Assembly (NCBI GenBank): GCA_965261945.1
Contig: CBDHEF010000002.1
Location: 1,999,327-2,063,326 of the forward strand
Source: Dehalococcoidia bacterium
GTDB lineage: Bacteria; Chloroflexota; Dehalococcoidia; Lucifugimonadales; UBA3495
Length of the DNA: 64,000 nt
Direction of reading: 5' to 3'
The notes below the pieces were generated by a model, which was not told where the DNA came from, searched no databases, and saw nothing but the letters and a program-made list of their open reading frames with translations. Within the stretch, counting starts at the first letter, position 1; every line of letters begins with the position of its first letter. Shown here piece after piece: positions 52,771-61,464 of the stretch. The position numbers and the translations under genes are program-made.

Positions 52771-53701
52771 CAAGCACCCCTTTTATAGCGGCCTCCGCCA
52801 TAGGGACTGGAACGGCGTTTCCCGCTTGTTTTTTGGTTTGGGAATCGTTGCAAACAACCTCAAAAGCATCAGGAAACCCTTGTAGCCGCAACATTTCCCG
52901 GGGCGTTAAGCGCCGCTCCCCGTCAACTAACAGGTAGTTGTAGGAAGCGCCCGCCCGCAAAGCGCACGACCATTCGTAGCTGGAAATGTGCCCTCCCTTG
53001 TTCTCATGCCAAATTGACGGCGTAGCAGTCGGCTTATGAGCTGCGTGGCGCTTGGCGCGAATCCGCCCGGAGACGAAATGCTTGGGGTCAGGATTCTCTT
53101 CGAGAATCTCTGATAGCGGCTTTATTGTAGCCTTACCAATAGGCCAGGGAAATTCCTCGAACGGCTCTAGTGTGGCGACTATGATAGTTCGTTCACGCTT
53201 TTGGGGGAGACCCAAATCGAGTGCATTCAGTATTCGCCAATCCGTGGTGTACCCCATCTCTTTCAAAGGATTGAGGATGTCTTTAAGCACTGCGCCGCGT
53301 TGAGCGGTGGCGAGCTGCTTCACATTTTCCAAGACAATTCCTTGCGGTTTCTTGTCTTGAGCTATACGCAAGATTTCCTTGTAAAGTGTCCCCCGCGGAT
53401 CATCAGTCCCTAGTTTGTTGCCGATAATGGAAAACGGCTGACAGGGAAACCCAGCGAGCAGGATGTCGTGGGCTGGAATGTCTGACGACGGAATGGCTAC
53501 TATATCGCCGCTCGGCCATGTGCCAAAATTATGTTGATAAGCCCTTCGCGCCTCGTCGTCAATGTCGCAGGCGAACACTACATTCAGCCCAAGATTCGCT
53601 GCTGCGGTATGAAATCCGCCGATTCCGCAGAACAAATCGGCGCATCTCAGCGCGTTGTCTCGACGCGCCGCTTGCGAAGGAGCATAGGGCGCGTCGAACA
53701 T
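52682..53701 (-). CDS. DNA (cytosine-5)-methyltransferase
   Basis: Motifs DLFCGIGGF (I), GFPCQPFS (IV), IVLENV (VI), QKRERTIIV (VIII) and GNAVPVPM (X). The start is taken at M39 (53701) of track ORF 52682..53815. Confidence 0.9.
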   Translation of the reverse strand: MFDAPYAPSQAARRDNALRCADLFCGIGGFHTAAANLGLNVVFACDIDDEARRAYQHNFGTWPSGDIVAIPSSDIPAHDILLAGFPCQPFSIIGNKLGTDDPRGTLYKEILRIAQDKKPQGIVLENVKQLATAQRGAVLKDILNPLKEMGYTTDWRILNALDLGLPQKRERTIIVATLEPFEEFPWPIGKATIKPLSEILEENPDPKHFVSGRIRAKRHAAHKPTATPSIWHENKGGHISSYEWSCALRAGASYNYLLVDGERRLTPREMLRLQGFPDAFEVVCNDSQTKKQAGNAVPVPMAEAAIKGVLDVLGQSIGQSQTEGKCSQENWPVPVGANF

Positions 53702-53839
53702 TGAGTGAGTTTCTTGTATGTAGCGCAGGGCAACGCCGCTCGACATAACACATATTCCGGCAATCTGCAAGTAATTGACCGTGCGCATTCTGCCAATTTT
53801 GGCGAACTGTGTCAATCAGGCGTTGTCAGTGCCTCAATC

Positions 53840-54715
53840 CTACCCCCGCCCGAACCAGTCGGGATGCACTGCCTGCAGGCCCAGCTGCGGCCAGGCGGCG
53901 GGGGCGCTGCACTTTTCCAGGCGCTCCTCCAGGGGCAGGGAGTCGTCCCAGTAGTAGGCTATGATGCGTCGGCCGTTCCAGTGGGAGGCGGCTTCTGACG
54001 CAATCCAGACCGCCGGTGACTGCATCGCCTCCGGCTGGATGAGAGCATCGGCGGTGGCCCCTTCCGGCGGTTGCACCATGTTGGTGGCCGTGGCGCCGCC
54101 GGGGGTGAGCACGTTGGCGGTCACGCCGGTGCCTTCCAGGTCTTGGGCCATGATGGCTACCAGGGCCTCGTGTCCCGCCTTGGAAGGGCCGTAGGGCGCG
54201 CCGCCCTTGCGCCACATGGTGTCCATGCTGGTGGTGACGCCGATGATGCGCCCGAACCCCTGCTCGACCATGTGCGGGGTAACAGCGTGGGACATCAGGA
54301 ACGGCCCGCTCAGGTTCACCGAAATCACCCTCAGCCAAGCGTCGGGATCGAGTGTCCAGAAGTCGTTCTGGCTGCCGGCGGCCCGGGCGCCGAAACCGCC
54401 GGTGCGGGCGTTGATGCCGGCGTTGTTGATCAGGATGTGCAGCCCGCCCATCTCGCTGATGGTGCGCTGCACGGCGCTATCCACCGACTCCGGGTCGGTG
54501 ACGTCGGCGATGATGGGCAGCACGGCGTCATCGCCGCCGATTTCGCGCATATCGTTGGCGGTCTGGTCCAGCCAGTCCTCGTTTACGTCCAGCATCGCCA
54601 CCCTAGCCCCGGCGCGCACGAGGCCGGTGGTGATGGAGCGGCCCATGCCGATGGGGCTGGCCGCCCCGGTGACGATGGCGATTCTGCCTTCGAGTGTATT
54701 CGATTGGGTGGTCAT
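53840..54715 (-). CDS. SDR family oxidoreductase
   Basis: LEGRIAIVTGAASPIGMGRSITTGLVRAGARVAMLD...LINNAGIN...YGPSKAGHEALV. Confidence 0.85.
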   Translation of the reverse strand: MTTQSNTLEGRIAIVTGAASPIGMGRSITTGLVRAGARVAMLDVNEDWLDQTANDMREIGGDDAVLPIIADVTDPESVDSAVQRTISEMGGLHILINNAGINARTGGFGARAAGSQNDFWTLDPDAWLRVISVNLSGPFLMSHAVTPHMVEQGFGRIIGVTTSMDTMWRKGGAPYGPSKAGHEALVAIMAQDLEGTGVTANVLTPGGATATNMVQPPEGATADALIQPEAMQSPAVWIASEAASHWNGRRIIAYYWDDSLPLEERLEKCSAPAAWPQLGLQAVHPDWFGRG

Positions 54716-54775
54716 TCCTTACCTCTACTAGCTCTCCTGTTTGAACCGTGGGATTACAGCAGCATGGACGTATGT

Positions 54776-55351
54776 TCAAGCTGCTTTTTCTGTCATCTTG
54801 GTTTTCAGTCTGGCGTTGACAAGCCCATACTCGTCGTCGCTGAGCTGGTCTATATTGATGACTTTGAAACCGCAGAGAATTCCATTACTATCCACTGCTC
54901 CTAATAAATGGCGGTTTTCGGTCTCAATATACCGCCTATCCGTGTTGAGCCAGAATACATCGAAGGAATGCTCGGCCGAGTCGTAACGGACATTGATAAC
55001 GCCTTTTGCAATTGGGTTGTCAGGCTGTTTTTCGGTGTCGAATATGGAAGTATCCACTCGCCGGTAGCTGACCAGTTTGGTCCTTAGATTGATGGTGGTG
55101 TAGGCATTCTTGACATTATCGAACCAGGGGGTAGCGTCTACTTTGAACCCAAACAGGTTGTCATCAAGGTCAACCAGCGCCATTACTTCTTTATGATCTG
55201 TGGGATGGAAGTAGGCGTTGGTGGTTAGCCAAATCACGTCGCAATAGTGCCCGGCGTTGTCGTACCAAATGCCGACTTCTCCGCACTGGATAGGCTTGAC
55301 TTTCTTGGCAATTTCCTCAAAGCGATCTTTCATTGTCTCCCAATCGCTCAC
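54776..55351 (-). CDS. Tandem DUF2283-like protein (putative antitoxin partner)
   Basis: Two similar halves: VGIWYDNAGHYCDVIWLTTNAYFHPTDHKEVMALVDLDDNLFGFKV and INVRYDSAEHSFDVFWLNTDRRYIETENRHLLGAVDSNGILCGFKV. The GTG start overlaps the upstream stop (GTGA). Confidence 0.5.
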   Translation of the reverse strand: MSDWETMKDRFEEIAKKVKPIQCGEVGIWYDNAGHYCDVIWLTTNAYFHPTDHKEVMALVDLDDNLFGFKVDATPWFDNVKNAYTTINLRTKLVSYRRVDTSIFDTEKQPDNPIAKGVINVRYDSAEHSFDVFWLNTDRRYIETENRHLLGAVDSNGILCGFKVINIDQLSDDEYGLVNARLKTKMTEKAA

Positions 55352-55656
55352 AGCGGATCGCCCCCTTCAACTTCAGGCGTGACGTATGAAGTCATAATAA
55401 AAGCATCGTTGGGTAATACCTTGACCACTACGCACACCCACTTGTCGCCTTCAATCGTTCCATAGTACCACTTGTGGTATAGCCGCACGGACTCAGGGTC
55501 TGATTTTGACCGCCGGATTTCTTCCGCTTCCCGTAGTGTTTCGGCTACTTCCCGCCACAGCCCCACCATGTAGGGATGTCGTCCGATGATGTGAGCTATC
55601 CGCTCATTGGTAAGCCGAATCCGGCGACCAAAGATGTCCTCCAGGATCACTGGCAT
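55348..55656 (-). CDS. Small toxin-like protein (DUF4258/RelE-barnase-fold-like; assignment tentative)
   Basis: The 102-aa product reads MPVILEDIFGRRIRLTNERIAHIIGRHPYM...VAETLREAEEIRRSKSDPESVRLYHKWY...KWVCVVVKVLPNDAFIMTSYVT. It shares a 4-bp overlap with the downstream DUF2283-like gene. Low GC. Confidence 0.45.
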   Translation of the reverse strand: MPVILEDIFGRRIRLTNERIAHIIGRHPYMVGLWREVAETLREAEEIRRSKSDPESVRLYHKWYYGTIEGDKWVCVVVKVLPNDAFIMTSYVTPEVEGGDPL

Positions 55657-55663
55657 CCGGGCG

Positions 55664-56593
55664 CTAGAAAATCGCCAGCGGGTTCACGGGGGAGCCGGTG
55701 GCGTTCTTGAAGCGCAGGGGGGCGACGTTGAACATGAACTCGTAGCGGCCCAGCCGCTCGCACACCGCCGCCAGCTCCTCGCAGTTGCCGGCGTCTATGA
55801 GCCAGAGGCCCATGCCGACGATGCCGACCTTGTGGATGGGCAGACCGATGCCGGGGTAGCCGCTGGGTTCGGCGTCCTGGGAGGCGTCGCCTCCTAAGAG
55901 GGATACACCGCGCTCCTTGAGCCACGGCAGCGTCTCGGCGTGCAGGCCGGGGCGTCCGGCGGCGGGCGGGCCAAGCTCCAGGCGGCGCTTGTACCAGCCG
56001 AGGCGCAGCATCAGTGCGTCGCCTTCCTCCACACGCACGCCCTGAGCTTTCTCGGCGGCTTCCAGGTCTTCGGTGAAGACACCCTCGCCGGCCTCCAGCC
56101 ACGGCTTGCCCTTGACTTTGGTGATGTCCAGCATCACGCCGCGGGTGACGATGCCGCTCTGGGCCTTGTCTATGTCCAGGCTGTTGGCCTTGGTCTCGGA
56201 ATTAACGTCCGATGCGGGGTATCCGTTGTACATCTTGCCGTTCCACACCTGATGGCAAAGGCTGTCGATGTGGGTGATGGTCAGGCCGTGGAAGGACAGC
56301 CCGATGAAGTCGGAGGTCCCGCCCGGCCCTTCGTCGGGGCAACTGTCGCCAGCCCGGATCATGTAGTGGAGCGGCGGTATGGAGGTGACGTCGGGCGCGC
56401 CCTCCGGCACGATGAGCCGGGAGCAGGTGACGCTGATGCCTTCCTTGACCAGCGCGGCGGCCTGGGCCCGCTTGGCGTCGGTAATCAGGTTGAGGGTGCC
56501 GAGCTGGTCGTCGTCGCCCCACCGCCCCCAGTTGCTCAGGGTATCCATCCATTCGATGACCTGTTGTTCCGTGGGAATCTGCCGGGTAGTCAT
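55664..56593 (-). CDS. Cyclase family protein (kynurenine-formamidase-like)
   Basis: WGRWGDDDQLGTLNLIT...LSFHGLTITHIDSLCHQVWNGKMYNGY...GVMLDI...GDALMLRLGW...GLHAETLPWLKERGVSLLGGD. Confidence 0.8.
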   Translation of the reverse strand: MTTRQIPTEQQVIEWMDTLSNWGRWGDDDQLGTLNLITDAKRAQAAALVKEGISVTCSRLIVPEGAPDVTSIPPLHYMIRAGDSCPDEGPGGTSDFIGLSFHGLTITHIDSLCHQVWNGKMYNGYPASDVNSETKANSLDIDKAQSGIVTRGVMLDITKVKGKPWLEAGEGVFTEDLEAAEKAQGVRVEEGDALMLRLGWYKRRLELGPPAAGRPGLHAETLPWLKERGVSLLGGDASQDAEPSGYPGIGLPIHKVGIVGMGLWLIDAGNCEELAAVCERLGRYEFMFNVAPLRFKNATGSPVNPLAIF

Positions 56594-56727
56594 TTGGAGC
56601 CTCCCATTAGAGTATTCGGTCTCCCATCTATCTTAATACGCCCTTTGATAAGGGCAGTCAATCGGCGGGGAGCGGGTGCGGCTGTCGGCAGGAAGCCGGA
56701 TCGGGGAATCGAAGGGAGGCAACAGGG

Positions 56728-58383
56728 TTATGGGGGGTTGAGCCTGCCGATGGTTCCGTCAATATAGAGGATTTCTACTGTGCGGGTAACGGCAGCTTCC
56801 AGTTGCGCACGGGCTGGCTGACCCAGCCCTTGCCCCAGGCGGTCCACCAGCGACGATACCGATGTCTGGCCGTCGGTGAATGACACGAGGGCGGCCACAA
56901 GCTCGCTGCACGGCATACCTTCGGGCTGGGACACTGCGCTCAGGCTGTAACCCCAGACGAACTCGCCCTCGGCCAGCACCGGCTTGCGAGCTACGTGAAC
57001 CCCCTCGGCCAGCCGGGGGACGGCGTTCAGTATTTGATTGCGCTGGGGGTCCGACCGCAGGCCGTTGATGCGCTGTACCCGCTCTGCTCTTTCTTCCTCC
57101 ACGGCGCGGACGCTGGCGACGAACTCGGCTGGCGCTTCGCCCCGGTCGAGCACCGCCCGCTCGTAGCCGCGCGGGGGCTGGCCGGCGACCGCCTGGATGA
57201 AGCTGTGGCGGGGCGAAAACTGGTTCTCGCCGGTGATGCGCCGGGCTTCCCAGAAGTAGGAGTCGGAGGTGAGATTGCTGGCATAGAAGAGCCGGGCCAT
57301 CTCGCGGAACTGGTTGTATTCCTTGTAGTAAAGTTCCTGGTAGACCTCGCCGGCGCTTTCCCGCAATTGCTCGTCGCCCTGTTCGGCGGCCTTCAGCGCG
57401 GTGGTGGCGTAGGCGGCGGCCATTACGCCAGACATCAGCGCCAGATGCACCCCCGACGAGAACAGTGGGTCAACGAAACAGGCCGAGTCGCCGGTCAGCA
57501 CGTATCCCGGCCCGGTGGTGCGCTCCGCCGAATAGGACCAGTCGCGTACGACCTTCGGCTCGGACGCCCATCGTGCATTGGCGAGCTTGGCGGCGGTATG
57601 CGGAGCTTGCGATAGCTGCGAGGACAGAAATTCCCTCGCTCCCAGGCGTTGAATTCCCTCCTGCCCGGTGCGGTTGTCCACCACCGCGCCCACGCTGCTC
57701 CATCCAGTGTGCAGCGGGATGCTCCAGAACCAGCCGTGTTCGTAGGCCTCGATGAAGATGTTGTTTTCGTCTGGCGGGGGCAGCGGCTTCGCGCCTTCGA
57801 AATAGGCGTATACCGCCAGATTCTGGAAGAAGGAATCCCAGCGGCGCGTTCCCGTCTGCCGGGCCAGCAGCGCTGCTTGGCCGCTGGCGTCCACCACGAA
57901 CCGGGTCGACAATTCGCCAGGCCCGCCGTTGTCCGCGACATAACGGACTGTCGCCGGAGAGCCAGATTCGCCAAACTCTACGTTGCCGACCCGGCAGCCC
58001 TCCCGCACATCTACGCCGTGGGCGCGGGCGTTTTCCAGCAGTATGTGGTCGAAGGTCGGGCGCCATACCTGGTAAGCGTGAGGGTACTGGAGGCTGGTCT
58101 CCCGGAAGCTCCAGCTCCACGGCTCGGGGTCGCGGCCCCAGACCATGCTCGCGCCGTACTTGGGCAGGAACCCAGCCGCCTGCACCGCCTCCATCGCACC
58201 CAGCTCCTCCAGCACCGGCATGGACGCGGGGAGCAGCGATTCGCCAACGTGCTCGCGGGGGAAGCGCTCCCGCTCCAGCAGCACGACGCGCCACCCCTGC
58301 CGCGCCAGCATGGTGGCCGCGGCGCTGCCGGCGGGCCCGCCGCCGATGACGGCTATGTCTGTGGTTGATCCAGCAGTGGTCAC
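56728..58383 (-). CDS. FAD-dependent oxidoreductase with flavin-dependent-halogenase signature motifs
   Basis: DIAVIGGGPAGSAAA (GxGxxG), LPKYGASMVWG (Lys-containing strand), HGWFWSIPLH (WxWxIP) and CFVDPLFSSGVHLA (FxxPxxSxG-like). Confidence 0.7.
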   Translation of the reverse strand: MTTAGSTTDIAVIGGGPAGSAAATMLARQGWRVVLLERERFPREHVGESLLPASMPVLEELGAMEAVQAAGFLPKYGASMVWGRDPEPWSWSFRETSLQYPHAYQVWRPTFDHILLENARAHGVDVREGCRVGNVEFGESGSPATVRYVADNGGPGELSTRFVVDASGQAALLARQTGTRRWDSFFQNLAVYAYFEGAKPLPPPDENNIFIEAYEHGWFWSIPLHTGWSSVGAVVDNRTGQEGIQRLGAREFLSSQLSQAPHTAAKLANARWASEPKVVRDWSYSAERTTGPGYVLTGDSACFVDPLFSSGVHLALMSGVMAAAYATTALKAAEQGDEQLRESAGEVYQELYYKEYNQFREMARLFYASNLTSDSYFWEARRITGENQFSPRHSFIQAVAGQPPRGYERAVLDRGEAPAEFVASVRAVEEERAERVQRINGLRSDPQRNQILNAVPRLAEGVHVARKPVLAEGEFVWGYSLSAVSQPEGMPCSELVAALVSFTDGQTSVSSLVDRLGQGLGQPARAQLEAAVTRTVEILYIDGTIGRLNPP

Positions 58384-58451
58384 GATTGCTCACCAAGACT
58401 GAAGGTGGTTTGCGGCGGGCGCAAATGAGTAGTGGCCGTCATCTGGTCTTG

Positions 58452-59189
58452 CTACTCTTCCCCTCGGTGGCGTCGCAATTCCTCTTCGAGTTGGCGCAGC
58501 CTGGCTTCAGCATCAAGCCGCGCCGACTGCTCTTCACGGGCGCGAGTTTCTGCGGTTTCCAGTGCGTCCATTGCCTGAGCCTGGTTCAGCAGAAACTCCC
58601 CGGTTGCAGGATCTCGGAACAGCAGCTCCTTGTCTCGCCAGCACAGGTCCAGCCCGAGAGCCGCGCTGTAAGCCCAAAGCAGCCCGTCCGGTTCAGTGTT
58701 CACGGCAATACGCTCGTAAACACCGTTGACCAGGCGGTCTCCGGCAAGGGCGGCGTCGTGGTACTCTCCGCCGGTGTGGTCGAAGCGCCAGTATTCTGCG
58801 ACTCCCAAGACCGCGTACAGCTCTCGTTTGATGGTGTAATCCCGCCGTCCGGTGGCGGACGATGCAACTTCCAGCACGAACTCAGGCGGCTTGCCTACCT
58901 CGCTTATCACGTAGCCGTTGGTAGCGGTGATGCGCTCCGGGTCCACGTCGAATGCCACTACGCAGTCGGGATACGGTGAGCTGCGAATGTTCTGCCGGTC
59001 CGGGCACAGGTAACCTTGGCCGTTGACCAAGGTGCCGGGCCGGCGGCGGAACCAGGTATCCAGGGTCTGATCGGCGCGGGTGATGTGTTTGTTTTGCTGC
59101 ATATCGGGAATGCGCGGCGGGTCGGGCAGCGGCACAATGTCGGGATACCGGCTATCTACAGGGGTCTTCAATGTGCGTTTGGTGGTCAT
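58452..59189 (-). CDS. Uma2 (DUF820) family endonuclease with a C-terminal coiled-coil
   Basis: PEFVLEVASSATGRRDYTIKRELYAVLGVAEYWRFD, then ...ETAETRAREEQSARLDAEARLRQLEEELRRH. Confidence 0.8.
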   Translation of the reverse strand: MTTKRTLKTPVDSRYPDIVPLPDPPRIPDMQQNKHITRADQTLDTWFRRRPGTLVNGQGYLCPDRQNIRSSPYPDCVVAFDVDPERITATNGYVISEVGKPPEFVLEVASSATGRRDYTIKRELYAVLGVAEYWRFDHTGGEYHDAALAGDRLVNGVYERIAVNTEPDGLLWAYSAALGLDLCWRDKELLFRDPATGEFLLNQAQAMDALETAETRAREEQSARLDAEARLRQLEEELRRHRGEE

Positions 59190-59334
59190 CGTAGACCTCG
59201 CGGCTCAGTGCTTGGCGCGAGACTTATCCTTCGGATTGTATATCCCACCTTATCACCCCGTATCACCTTTCGTCAGCGTCTCGAATACAGGAAGCTATTG
59301 GACTCAAGGGTGAGAGACAGGTTATTCGCAGCGA

Positions 59335-59357
59335 GGGGCGGGTTTCAAACCCGCCCC
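59335..59357. terminator. GC hairpin ggggcggg-tttcaaa-cccgcccc (same motif as 4135-4157)
   Basis: It lies 57 nt downstream of the LLM gene stop at 59414 on the minus strand. No clear U-tract follows, so it may be a repeat rather than a terminator. Confidence 0.35.
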
Positions 59358-59413
59358 CGCGCAAAATAGGCCATAGTAGAGCGAAACAGCGCCCAGAAGG
59401 AAAGGTGTTGAGA

Positions 59414-60697
59414 TTAATCGGCGTTATGGCCGCCCTCGGCGCTGGCGGTTTCGTCGGGGAATGGCTTGCCGGTGGCCGGGTTGACCTCGAAGGAGCCGGG
59501 CAGGTCCAGTTCTTTCGCGATTTCCTTGACCGCCGGGATGACCTCTTCGCCCATCAACCTCAGGCTGCGCATGGAGTCGTCGTGGGTCATGGCGCCGTCG
59601 CCGTCCCAGAAGAAGACGCTGCCGGGGCGGAGGTATTCCAGCACGTGGCGGATCTTGGGTATGACCGTCTTGGGGGTGCCGCAGATGATGGTGTAGTCGG
59701 CGATCTGCTGCTCATAAGCTCGGCCCAGAACGCCGGCGGCGCTGGCCGGGCCGCCACGGGCCGCGGTGGCGCTGCCCTGTGTCGGCAGAACGCGGCGGCG
59801 GGAGGTCAGGCCCGGCAGGTTGACCAGCGCCGGGTTGGTGGTGCCTTCGTTGCCCGCCAGGAAGGGGTTGCTCGGCCCCTGCACGAACTTGCGTCCGGCG
59901 GCCTCCGCCAACTCTTCGGTCTCGTCTACGTGCACCTTCCACAGGTAGCCGAGGTTCTGCGGGCCAGACTCGTAGCCCTGATCCGCGGCGGTGTCGTGGT
60001 ATAGCTGGAAAGCCGCCTTGGTCGGCTCAAGCTCGGTGGAGAGCATGATGTAGGGGATGCGCTTTTCGGCAGCCCACATCAGCGAGTCGCGGCTGATTAC
60101 GCCGGGGAGCCAGACCTGCGGGTGGGGCTTCTGGTAGGGCCGCGCCCACGGGTTGACGTGGCGATACTGGAAGTGCTTGCCCTCCCAGCGGAAGGGACCG
60201 GGGGTGGTCCAGGCCTTGACGATGAACTCGTGGGCCTCCTGGAACCGCTCCCAGTTATAAGGAGGAGGCGCGTTATGGGCCACGCTCTCGCGTCCGGTGC
60301 CGCGCACCCAGCCGGAGACCAGCCGCCCGTGGGAGATCATGTCGATCATCGAGAGCTGCTCAACCAGCCAGAGCGGGTCGTCCCAGATGGGGATGATATT
60401 GCCCAGCAGCACTATCTTGGCGCGCTTGGTAATGCGGGCCAGGATGGACGCCTCGACGTTCATGGCGCCGCCCATACAGAAGGGGGTGCCGTGGTGCTCG
60501 TTGAGCATCAGGCCGTCGAAGCCCATCTCCTCGGCGTAGAGCTTCTCGTCGAGGTAGCGATTATAGAGGCTGGCGCCCAACTTAGGGTCGTAAATCTCGT
60601 TGCTGACGGTCAAGTCCATGATGGGCTTGCCGGTGGCGCCGAAGTACCCGGATTCCGGGTCTTGGTAAGGCCGCTCGGTGAAGTATCCGATGTGCAT
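59414..60697 (-). CDS. LLM-class flavin-dependent oxidoreductase (large subtype)
   Basis: MHIGYFTERPYQD...GFDGLMLNEHHGTPFCMGGAMNVEASILARITKRAKIVLLGNIIPIWDDPLWLVEQLSMIDMISHGRLVSGWVRG. Confidence 0.85.
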   Translation of the reverse strand: MHIGYFTERPYQDPESGYFGATGKPIMDLTVSNEIYDPKLGASLYNRYLDEKLYAEEMGFDGLMLNEHHGTPFCMGGAMNVEASILARITKRAKIVLLGNIIPIWDDPLWLVEQLSMIDMISHGRLVSGWVRGTGRESVAHNAPPPYNWERFQEAHEFIVKAWTTPGPFRWEGKHFQYRHVNPWARPYQKPHPQVWLPGVISRDSLMWAAEKRIPYIMLSTELEPTKAAFQLYHDTAADQGYESGPQNLGYLWKVHVDETEELAEAAGRKFVQGPSNPFLAGNEGTTNPALVNLPGLTSRRRVLPTQGSATAARGGPASAAGVLGRAYEQQIADYTIICGTPKTVIPKIRHVLEYLRPGSVFFWDGDGAMTHDDSMRSLRLMGEEVIPAVKEIAKELDLPGSFEVNPATGKPFPDETASAEGGHNAD

Positions 60698-60850
60698 GGT
60701 CTACTCCCTATCATCAGCAATATCCGCCCCTACTTTGAGCTCAGGACAGGCAGGCAGCCCGGAGCGCCGGTGGCGGTGATTGCGGGCATTATAGCATCCC
60801 TGCCAATTCTGCCGCAGGCCGGGTTAGGCCGGTAATTTCAGAGTGCGCGG

Positions 60851-61408
60851 CTACCTGAAAATGTCAGCCAAAGGCAGGGAGAACCCGGGGAGCAACACCT
60901 CGTCGGTAATCACGTCGTCGCCGGTGTGGGTGATGGTGGCGCCGTCGCTGTGGTGGACCGCCACACTGCGGGTCGACGGGTATGCGACCCAGACCCGCTG
61001 GGATCCGGCGGCCAGGTATTCGCTAACCTTTCGTGCTATCTCAGCAGCAGTATTGGATGGCGAAACTATTTCGACGGCTATGTCAGGCGCTCCGGTAACG
61101 AATCCAGTGCTCGGACCATCTCCAGCATGGCTGGAACGCAGATTGAAAGAAACATCCGGGCTGCGAACGATGTCTGGATTCTGGCGCACTCGGTAACCGG
61201 TTTCCACGCCCCCCCTGCCAGTCCCGCGCTGACGAGAATAGACATAAAACGCTCCGCTGATGTTAAAAGCGGTGTCTCCATGCTGTTCGTTGACCGGGGC
61301 CATTTCCACCACCTCGCCGTCCACCAGTTCGTACCTGCCGTCCTTGTGGCTGTAGAGGCGGAAAAATTCGTCGGCAGTCAGCAGCGTCTTCGGTTGAGTC
61401 ACGGTCAC
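60851..61408 (-). CDS. Uma2 (DUF820) family endonuclease
   Basis: LLTADEFFRLYSHKDGRYELVDGEVVEMAPVNEQHGD...PDIAVEIVSPSNTAAEIARKVSEYLAAGSQRVWVAYP. The start is uncertain (GTG at 61408, or upstream to 61483). Confidence 0.75.
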   Translation of the reverse strand: MTVTQPKTLLTADEFFRLYSHKDGRYELVDGEVVEMAPVNEQHGDTAFNISGAFYVYSRQRGTGRGGVETGYRVRQNPDIVRSPDVSFNLRSSHAGDGPSTGFVTGAPDIAVEIVSPSNTAAEIARKVSEYLAAGSQRVWVAYPSTRSVAVHHSDGATITHTGDDVITDEVLLPGFSLPLADIFR

Positions 61409-61464
61409 CCGTCCTGCTGGGAGGCAATCAATATGGCTGGCATTATAGACGATGCCGGGTGTGG

